Assembly: GCA_029256685.1 (NCBI GenBank)
Contig: JAQSXL010000002.1
Span: forward strand, 1 to 37,049
DNA length: 37,049 bases
Source: Gammaproteobacteria bacterium
Lineage (GTDB): Bacteria > Pseudomonadota > Gammaproteobacteria > JAQSXL01
Reading direction: 5' to 3'
The notes under the pieces were generated by a model that was not told the origin of the DNA, did no database searches, and worked only from the letters and a program-made list of their open reading frames with translations. Below are positions 7,853 to 15,725 of this stretch, piece by piece. Made by a program: the position numbers and the translations under genes. Every line of letters begins with the position of its first letter. The first letter of the stretch is position 1.

Positions 7853-9060
7853 GCGATTTGTTTGCGGAACGTGCCCGGGTTTGGCTTACCATTTTCGCTA
7901 TTGCCTGGGGGACTCTTTCTATCGGTTTGATGTTGGGTATTGGGGAGGGCTTGCGTCAGAATTTTGGAAAAAATATGCATGGAATAGGCGAAGATCTATT
8001 GATTTTAAATCCAGGCATGAGTACCAAGCCCTATCGTGGTCAAGCGCAGCAAGTAATCCGGTTTAATTTACAGGATTTGCAGCGGTTAAAAAGCTTACCG
8101 GGTGTGATGACTGTAACTCCGGAGTATGCCTCACAAAAAGACATAACTTTAACAGTGGAGAAAAAAGAATATCACACCACACTTTCTGGGGTAGAGCCTG
8201 AATACGGTATTTTACGTAAAATTCAGCCTAAAGCAGGAGGGCGGTTTATCAATTTTTTGGATAATAAACAGCAAAGCTTAGTCATAGTCTTAGGCTCCGA
8301 TACCGCTCAACAATTATCAGTTGCCGAAAATCAAAGGATTACGCTTAATAATATTCCCTTCACCGTGGTTGGTATTTTAGCGCCTAAGCCATCAATGCTT
8401 AATTACCAACGTCCCGATAATTACATGGCTTGGATTCCAGAAAGCGTCGCCCGTGCATTGTGGGGGGATACCATAGCTACTTTTGTGTTTAAGTTAGCTA
8501 CCCAAACCGATCATAAGGCACTCAAGACCCAAATTACCCAAACTATCGCTTTGGCGCGTGGTTTAGCGCCTGGCGAGCCAGATATGCTACATATCCTGGA
8601 TGCCGAAGAAATTCAGAAAAAGACCGATCAATTTTTGTTGGGGATGGAAATATTTCTAGGCGTTGCTGGAGCCTTAACGATTATTGTAGCAGGGGCCGGC
8701 ATAGCCAATGTTATGTTTGCGTCTGTGAGTAGCGCTACTTGTGAAATAGGCGTGCGTAAGGCATTGGGGGCGCAGAACTATCAAATTTTGCTTTACTATG
8801 TTTATCAATCGTTACTTATTACGGCTATAGGTGGATGTATAGGCATTTTGCTAAGTATGGCTATAGCGGCGCTGATTAATCATTTACCATTAATCAGCGG
8901 TGCATTAGTAAATAATATAGGTAAACCGCAAGTCCTGTTATCTAGTGCCGTATTGGTCACTATTGTTAGTATTTTAGGATTAATAGGCTTACTAGCAGGC
9001 TTATTTCCTGCTAGGCGCGCGGCAAAAGTCGACCCAGTGGTGGCTTTGCGCAGCCATTAA
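7846..9060 (+). CDS. ABC transporter permease, MacB/FtsX type (paralogue of the preceding gene)
   Basis: Same architecture, with CEIGVRKALGA and PARRAAKVDPVVALR. The ATG overlaps the upstream stop (ATGTTAA), indicating translational coupling. No Walker motifs. Confidence 0.85.
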   Translation: MLSDLFAERARVWLTIFAIAWGTLSIGLMLGIGEGLRQNFGKNMHGIGEDLLILNPGMSTKPYRGQAQQVIRFNLQDLQRLKSLPGVMTVTPEYASQKDITLTVEKKEYHTTLSGVEPEYGILRKIQPKAGGRFINFLDNKQQSLVIVLGSDTAQQLSVAENQRITLNNIPFTVVGILAPKPSMLNYQRPDNYMAWIPESVARALWGDTIATFVFKLATQTDHKALKTQITQTIALARGLAPGEPDMLHILDAEEIQKKTDQFLLGMEIFLGVAGALTIIVAGAGIANVMFASVSSATCEIGVRKALGAQNYQILLYYVYQSLLITAIGGCIGILLSMAIAALINHLPLISGALVNNIGKPQVLLSSAVLVTIVSILGLIGLLAGLFPARRAAKVDPVVALRSH

Positions 9061-9564
9061 TTACATTGAGCAACTTTTAGAAACCTGTTCATTAGAAAAA
9101 AATCTATCGGCTATTTGTGTATGAGATGAATCAATAGCTTGCGCTGTATTAGGGATAACTTCTTTGAGAAGATTAACTAACCGATTATATTCTTGTTTAA
9201 GCTGAGCAAGCCTGCCGGTAGGATAAAGGAGTTCGCCTTCTAACTTAATTACTTCGTTAGTTAAGATACGCGATTTATCTTCTAAATCTGGTATGTTATG
9301 CGGTTGACCTTCACTAAGTTCAGCCGTGGGATTCCAAGCCATTTTATATGCTTGTTGCAACAAATTAAAAGTATTGTTTTTTTGCACTATTTTAGACTGA
9401 AATAACCGTTGTAAATTTTCCCATTCATTGAAATAGGCTTTCTCAGTTTCATGCAGCAATTGCTCAATTTTTTTTGCTTCGGATGAGCCTTGGTCAACAG
9501 AGGGTAGCGTATAGAGTCCATAGGAATTGCTAGTAGGTTGTTGTGGTTGAAAATAGCTATTCAT
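9061..9564 (-). CDS. Hypothetical coiled-coil protein (167 aa, orphan)
   Basis: ORF with SD-like AAAGAGGAAA upstream on the minus strand. Gln/Glu/Leu-rich heptad-like sequence. No TM segment or signal peptide. Confidence 0.5.
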   Translation of the reverse strand: MNSYFQPQQPTSNSYGLYTLPSVDQGSSEAKKIEQLLHETEKAYFNEWENLQRLFQSKIVQKNNTFNLLQQAYKMAWNPTAELSEGQPHNIPDLEDKSRILTNEVIKLEGELLYPTGRLAQLKQEYNRLVNLLKEVIPNTAQAIDSSHTQIADRFFSNEQVSKSCSM

Positions 9565-9616
9565 GATTTCCTCTTTAAATAAAACTATGCATCTAACTAG
9601 TAATATAAAGTTTAAT

Positions 9617-9625
9617 TGTTATAAT
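9617..9625 (+). promoter_or_regulatory. Extended -10 element (TGTTATAAT) upstream of the giant ORF
   Basis: Exact TGnTATAAT match about 60 nt upstream of GTG 9687, embedded in an imperfect palindrome at 9597-9631. No experimental support. Confidence 0.35.
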
Positions 9626-9686
9626 AACTAGAGTCGCTAATTAGGTCAACTTTCTTGTTGATAACCATTTCTATTGAGGTGATATC

Positions 9687-12600
9687 GTGTCTAATTCTTA
9701 TATTTTAGCTATAGATCCTAAACTTTTTGAGGAAAAAACCGAAGAGTGCTTGAGTCCCGAACAGACAAATTATAGTGATCGGCTGAAAACTTACGATATA
9801 GAACAGATGCCTACGCTTGATCCATTTGAAGTGGTTCGTGAGATAGGAAGAGGTTATCAATTTAACGATTATGATTTTGCTAAAGATCCCACCTTTAAAG
9901 ATAATGAATTAGAAGAATTACTTGGAAATCTAGCGCCTGAAAATGTAGAGGTGTTAGTCAAGGAAAAAGAAGAGCTAGATAAACAGTTAGCAGCTAATGA
10001 AATTAGCCAAGAACATTATAATACTAAGGTGTCAACGCTAGATGCTCAAATAAAACGTCGTGCCGAATTAAAAGAAGTAAGTGATAAAAAAAGGCAATAC
10101 GTTGAAACCAAACTCAATGAACTTGGTATTCTGGATGCCCATTCAATAAACTTTTTATTGAGTCTTGCTCTACAGGGCAATCAGAATATCTTGCATTCGG
10201 CTCTTTCTGCTCTTGGGGGCGGTATAATGAATAAAACGGGTAAGCCAATCGGATTACCCCAAGGTGAACAACAGACCCTACATTTTACCGTAAAGAGTAA
10301 AGATGAGTTTATTCTAGAGGGAATATTACCCTATAATTCAATGTCGGGAAATGACAAAACATCTGCCAAAGCTACGTTTACACATAAAGTGAGTGCTGAG
10401 GGAAAAAACCAGTATAAGCTGGTTTTAGATGGAGCGGTACTTGAGCTTACTAAAGATGACGAGCATAATTTGGAATTAGTTAAGCTATTCGCTAACCAGG
10501 CTTGTATTAAGAAAATCAGAGGCGAATATGTATATCGCCATGAGGATCAAGCTTTAGAGATCATTTTAGCTGAGCATTTGGATACAGCAAAGAGTTTGAT
10601 TACGCAAGATATCATCGAGTTTTTAATAAAAAAACAGTTAGCTTTTACGCTTAATGGGGATAATTTAAGCGAATTGGAATTGCAAATTATTTCTAAAATT
10701 ACGCCTGAGCAAGGAAATGAGGTCGTTAAAAAATTTGCCAAAGAAAGCATCAAAAAACTGCAAGAAAGCCAAGCTTTAGAGAACTATCAGCTGGCAGCTT
10801 TAAATATAGCTGTAAAGGATCGGGCGATAGCAAAAGATTTATTGACCAGCAATCAAATAGAATTTTTTATAATAAAGCAATTAACAGGGCAATCCCATGG
10901 GCGTGAGCTAAATAAGGTTGAACAGCAAATCCTTTGCTTGATTACGCCTGAGCAAAGAAGCGAGATCCTGCAAAGAATTGTTATGGATGGTTTTTACAAT
11001 TATTACAAAGGTAATTCCGCTCAGGGCCACCATTTAGAAGCTCTGGCCTTAGTGATGGACGAGCAAAAAAACGCCGTAACGAGCTTGTTGGCTAGAGCTA
11101 AGGCTAAGGCTAATAATAATGCGGCTAAAGCAAAACTTGAAATAGGGAATGAATCTAAAGAAGAAGATCTTGAATTTGCAACCGAGTTTCTTTATATAAA
11201 TTATGTAAAACAAGGCTTAACCAAGTATTTAGCAGATCAGCCTATACAAGCCCTACATGTAGGAGCGATAAACTTGTTGAAAGATAGGCGCGATTATCTT
11301 TTAAAAAGCTTATTGAATCATGATCTTCTTAGTCAGTTTATGGCTAAACGACTAGCTAATCAGGCGCAGTCTATTGAGCCCACTGCATTTGAGCAAGAAG
11401 TGCTTTCTGCTATTCCAGCAGAAGTGCTTGATTTATATAAGAAGCTGCAAACACCGAAAACCCAAGCTCTAACCGATCTGTCTGAGGCTGAGAAAAAGCT
11501 TTTGCGCCGTCTGTTGTGTGAACAGATGTTTGCGGATGATCAGTTAACTCAGAATTCATTAGAATTAGCCATATTAAGTGAAAAAACAAATCCAGAGTTG
11601 CCTTCCGTGCTTGAGCTGATTTATGCCTATATGCCCAAGCTAAATACGGTTTATTCTGGCTCGATAAATGGTTTAATTCTTAACTATATTGAGCTTGATG
11701 ATGCAGAAAAACGAAGCAAGTTAATTGAAAAAATTAAATTTTTGGATTGGCTGGATAACAATAACCTGTTACCTCCCACTGAACAAGCCCGAGAAGTTCA
11801 GGATATTTTCGGTAAAGGACCTTCGGCTAAAATTAAGCAAAAACTTGAACAATATCAACAGCGTTATACTGAGCTTTATGAAGAGCTAAATGAGGCAATA
11901 ATTTTAGATGACAAAGGTCAAATTGACTATCAAGCTCAACAGGAAGAAATGCTTAGGATGAAACACTATGGGCTTGAAGGAACTTCGTTTATGTTGCCCT
12001 TAACAAATGAAAATGATGAGGTGACCAAACAGATAGAACTGCTTATTCAAATTATCAATCAACTGGGTGCTAAGCCATCAATTGACGATATAGCCCGCAT
12101 AAATGAGCAACTGTTACAACAAAAATACAATATAATTAATGAACACGGTATTTGTCAGGCAGTGTCGCTAGATATGGGCCGTAATATGGTGAATTTACAA
12201 GGCAATATTAAAGGTAAAAAAATTTTTGAGAAGTATTCAGAATCGCTCTATCCCACGCTTTTCAATCGTTTTAATACGCAACATGAAAATAAAGAAAATA
12301 TTGCCCGTAATGCCTTGGTAAGCTTACTATCATACCAAGGTGGGATAACTTACATGCTTACTCATAGTTACATGTATAAATTTAATGATAGTGTCGGGAC
12401 GAAACTGCGAACCAGGCAAGATCTCGAAAGGCGTACTCTTGTTTTCTGTTTTAATGATAATAACGACTTAGTGATAAACGTTGATTTTCCCATCACTTTT
12501 GCGACGGCGCAAGCCTCTATCAGCCAAGTTTTAAAGCCCGTCAATGGGAATATACGAGTTGCCGTTAAAATTCGTGAAATTCAAGTGGGTAATACCAGTC

Positions 12601-15600
12601 GATTCGAATTGGTATCTGTTGATAAGACTTTTTTGACTAGCCTGCCACTTAAAGAAGCAGGTATTGTTGCAGATCCAGCTATTGTAGCTGCAGCGCATCG
12701 AGCTCAGATACCCTGCGATCTGCTTGAGTCATATAAACTGTCATTTTTACGCCTGTTTAATCACAATTTAGACATAACTATATTACCAAATTATAGTTTA
12801 AGACAATTACTTAATGAATTTGCAGTTGATATCAAAACTCTAAACGAAAATCCATTCTACTTAACTGTACGGCGTTTGATAGAAAATTTTTATGAGGTTT
12901 TACCTCATGACTATACTAAGCTCATTATAGAGCTATATAGTTTTGCCAATCAGAATTTGCAAACAAGCCGTGATAGCCAAGAGCGGCAAAAATATCAAGC
13001 GTTATTGGCCTTTGTCACCGATCTTTATATGGACACGGTGCAATATGGCTTGTTCGACTATGCAAAAGTGATCGATGCAAGCTTTTGGTTGCACCAAGCA
13101 GAACAGTTTGCTAAGCAAAGATGCTTTGGTGACGAGCGTTTAGCCGTGGCTATTGCAAGAACCCAAGAGCAGCTAAAGAATAAGGGGATACGTTCAACTG
13201 TATTAGCTAATTTGCAACTTACCCCGACTGAATTTTATCAAAACCTAGCTCAAAATAAGGACATTTTTTCATTACCTAATGAACAGTTAAGTAAGCAGAT
13301 CCATCAATTCACCCAAGATTTTAGCCAAGTCATTAATCATACTTCGGCTTATCAGGCTGCCGAAAAATTAATGGCATTAAAAGACAGCATCCTTGCCAAT
13401 GCAGAAAAAAGTACACCCGCTAATTCCGAATTAGCCAGTGCTATCAATGGCTTTGCTCTGTATTTTGAGCTAGTGCAGCAAAGACAACAGTTAAATTCTA
13501 TTGGTTTTCAATATACCGCTCAGACCATTGAAACTGTGGCTACCTCTGTTAAAAAAATTGCTGACTATTTAAAAACCAACGATAAACTACCAGTCTCCTT
13601 GCGTTATTCGTTTGAAAGCATGGCGAATGATTTAGAGTCGACGCTTGAGGAAGATTTAGTTAATAGTTATAACCAAATAGTTTTAAATAAAGGTATAAAT
13701 GAACCAGAGGCAACGCTACAATTAACAATTAATAGTTTACTAGCTAAGGATTTTACCAGCTCTCACTGGCAATATAAATTAACTGCGCAAAAGGATTTCA
13801 TTACTATAGCCCTAGCCACGCAAAAATTTGTGAGTGACATTAGTTTGCCAACTCAGAAGACAGCGGTGGTTGCCCTGCCCGAGTTTTCTATTAATCCGCT
13901 ACTGAATGCAATTAAATATTTACAGCATTATGCTAAAGAGCGGTCTTTGCCCACTGCGGTAAAGGAAACGGCAACTAAATTTGACTATTATTTACAAGCA
14001 AAAAATGCGGAGCTTAATCATGCGGCTGTGGAGTTAACTACCAAAGCTAATGAGCATTTTTCTAAAGCTCACGATGGCGAGACAGTTAAACTATTTAGCC
14101 ATGAAATATTACCTTTATTACAGGTGATGAGTTACGCCCTTGCTCAGCATCCGGGTAAAAATATATCTTGGTTTAGAATATTCAATACCCAAAGGCAGGA
14201 GTACAAGCGTTTGCTAAAAAGCCGTGATGGATTACTAAAAACGGTTGAGCAGCATTTACAAAAGGCCTTAGCGCATGATGAAACGCACGTGCCTGATGAT
14301 GCTCGCGCCTTAGTCCATGTCTTACAGAACGATGATTTTGGGCCGCGTTTGCTTAAGCAAATGGCAGATAAGCCAGCTTATTTGACCAAAGCTAGTCTAT
14401 GGGTGGCTAATGAAAGCTACAATCAGCCTACATTAGCCCTACGCTTTTTAGGTGAACTATTAACTGATCCAGATACGAGAAGCTATTTGCTTAAACACGG
14501 TGCGTTAAATAAAGGGATCACGGCGCTTAGGCATACGGCTGTTTATAATGATCCTATTGCTGCTCTCGTTAGAGAAGCCTTAAATACAAAAGATGCAGCC
14601 CATTTAGCTCAATTTAAGATTCAGCCTGGAGAGCAGTTATTGCGGCGCTTGCTTAATATTCCAGCGGTTGCTGCTAAGATTTCTGGTGAAGATTGGGTCG
14701 AATTAGCTAAACGTGATAGCAGTAATCTTGCTATTTTATTACAAAACAAGCGTTACTTAAGTAAACTATCTGGCAGTGATATCGCTCAGTTAACCATAAT
14801 TTCAGAAGCTATGCGTGCTACAGTTAAACAAAGCGATATGTTAACAAGAAAATTACTTGGTACTAGCACCTCAGAGGGAATATTTGAGCTTTATATGACG
14901 CAACCTGCTTATTTGAATGAGCTGCTAAAAAATATCGGTGCAAAAGAGCAGACACAATTTTGGCAGACCCAGCCATTTTTACAGGAGCTTAAAGGCTATG
15001 TCAAAGATACATCTAATAATATAGTTACTGAATTGGCTGAGCTTGCTCAGAATGATAAGCAAGCGGCTGCTACTTTAATCAAGGGATTAGAAAATAAGTC
15101 ATTTGTGCAACGCTTATTAGAGCAGGTTGATACCGAGACTTTAACCATTTTGGCGCAAAATAACATTAAGGTGTTAAATAAATTGCTGGATTATCCGGGC
15201 AAATTTGCCCAAGCTCTGGATAGTAACACAGCTAATCCAATGGCTTTTTTGCCAAAGCATGTTTTAGAGAATATTGCTGTTAAGGAGAATATTGCTGTTA
15301 AGGAGAATAGGGCTGTGGTTAATAAACTATTTAGCTCTCCAGCATTTATAAAAAAACTCAGCGCAGAAATGACGGTGGAGATGTTCCATCAGTTATCTGA
15401 TCACTTTAATACAGTCATAGATTCTAATGCGGTTTTACGAGGGATCATGGCAGAATGTTTTAATAGCTTAGAAATGGAGTTCCTTACTGCAGATAAGATT
15501 CAAGCGACATTTAAAGCGAATGGCAAAGAGTATGTTTTTAAGTCTGAACTATTAAATCATTTGTTTACAGATAATCTAGATCAAGCGAAGGTGTTTTATG

Positions 15601-15707
15601 AAAAATATCCTGAGCTGGAGAAATATCGATCCAATTTGCAGGAAAAGTCCACTGATAAAGGGCGGGAATTTGAGGATCAAAACCAGATGAGAATCGTTAA
15701 AGCTTGA
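9687..15707 (+). CDS. Giant orphan protein (2006 aa), largely helical, with internal repeats; candidate secreted effector
   Basis: Uninterrupted 6 kb ORF with a GTG start and SD GAGGTGA (9676-9682). No TM segment, signal peptide or catalytic motif recognised by eye. Internal duplications are described under findings. Confidence 0.85.
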   Translation: MSNSYILAIDPKLFEEKTEECLSPEQTNYSDRLKTYDIEQMPTLDPFEVVREIGRGYQFNDYDFAKDPTFKDNELEELLGNLAPENVEVLVKEKEELDKQLAANEISQEHYNTKVSTLDAQIKRRAELKEVSDKKRQYVETKLNELGILDAHSINFLLSLALQGNQNILHSALSALGGGIMNKTGKPIGLPQGEQQTLHFTVKSKDEFILEGILPYNSMSGNDKTSAKATFTHKVSAEGKNQYKLVLDGAVLELTKDDEHNLELVKLFANQACIKKIRGEYVYRHEDQALEIILAEHLDTAKSLITQDIIEFLIKKQLAFTLNGDNLSELELQIISKITPEQGNEVVKKFAKESIKKLQESQALENYQLAALNIAVKDRAIAKDLLTSNQIEFFIIKQLTGQSHGRELNKVEQQILCLITPEQRSEILQRIVMDGFYNYYKGNSAQGHHLEALALVMDEQKNAVTSLLARAKAKANNNAAKAKLEIGNESKEEDLEFATEFLYINYVKQGLTKYLADQPIQALHVGAINLLKDRRDYLLKSLLNHDLLSQFMAKRLANQAQSIEPTAFEQEVLSAIPAEVLDLYKKLQTPKTQALTDLSEAEKKLLRRLLCEQMFADDQLTQNSLELAILSEKTNPELPSVLELIYAYMPKLNTVYSGSINGLILNYIELDDAEKRSKLIEKIKFLDWLDNNNLLPPTEQAREVQDIFGKGPSAKIKQKLEQYQQRYTELYEELNEAIILDDKGQIDYQAQQEEMLRMKHYGLEGTSFMLPLTNENDEVTKQIELLIQIINQLGAKPSIDDIARINEQLLQQKYNIINEHGICQAVSLDMGRNMVNLQGNIKGKKIFEKYSESLYPTLFNRFNTQHENKENIARNALVSLLSYQGGITYMLTHSYMYKFNDSVGTKLRTRQDLERRTLVFCFNDNNDLVINVDFPITFATAQASISQVLKPVNGNIRVAVKIREIQVGNTSRFELVSVDKTFLTSLPLKEAGIVADPAIVAAAHRAQIPCDLLESYKLSFLRLFNHNLDITILPNYSLRQLLNEFAVDIKTLNENPFYLTVRRLIENFYEVLPHDYTKLIIELYSFANQNLQTSRDSQERQKYQALLAFVTDLYMDTVQYGLFDYAKVIDASFWLHQAEQFAKQRCFGDERLAVAIARTQEQLKNKGIRSTVLANLQLTPTEFYQNLAQNKDIFSLPNEQLSKQIHQFTQDFSQVINHTSAYQAAEKLMALKDSILANAEKSTPANSELASAINGFALYFELVQQRQQLNSIGFQYTAQTIETVATSVKKIADYLKTNDKLPVSLRYSFESMANDLESTLEEDLVNSYNQIVLNKGINEPEATLQLTINSLLAKDFTSSHWQYKLTAQKDFITIALATQKFVSDISLPTQKTAVVALPEFSINPLLNAIKYLQHYAKERSLPTAVKETATKFDYYLQAKNAELNHAAVELTTKANEHFSKAHDGETVKLFSHEILPLLQVMSYALAQHPGKNISWFRIFNTQRQEYKRLLKSRDGLLKTVEQHLQKALAHDETHVPDDARALVHVLQNDDFGPRLLKQMADKPAYLTKASLWVANESYNQPTLALRFLGELLTDPDTRSYLLKHGALNKGITALRHTAVYNDPIAALVREALNTKDAAHLAQFKIQPGEQLLRRLLNIPAVAAKISGEDWVELAKRDSSNLAILLQNKRYLSKLSGSDIAQLTIISEAMRATVKQSDMLTRKLLGTSTSEGIFELYMTQPAYLNELLKNIGAKEQTQFWQTQPFLQELKGYVKDTSNNIVTELAELAQNDKQAAATLIKGLENKSFVQRLLEQVDTETLTILAQNNIKVLNKLLDYPGKFAQALDSNTANPMAFLPKHVLENIAVKENIAVKENRAVVNKLFSSPAFIKKLSAEMTVEMFHQLSDHFNTVIDSNAVLRGIMAECFNSLEMEFLTADKIQATFKANGKEYVFKSELLNHLFTDNLDQAKVFYEKYPELEKYRSNLQEKSTDKGREFEDQNQMRIVKA
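15267..15320 (+). repeat. In-frame 18-bp tandem repeat (2 perfect copies plus 1 degenerate) inside the giant ORF
   Basis: GAGAATATTGCTGTTAAG occurs twice, followed by GAGAATAGGGCTGTGGTT. It encodes ENIAVK-ENIAVK-ENRAVV. Confidence 0.9.
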
Positions 15708-15725
15708 AGTGGTTTGTGAACTTTT

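Noticed and set aside
9061-9078. A possible CaaX prenylation box at the C-terminus of the 167-aa coiled-coil protein (...KSCSM).
   Set aside because: The Cys is third from the end (C-S-M-stop), whereas CaaX requires Cys at the fourth-last position. CC and CXC motifs are not matched either.
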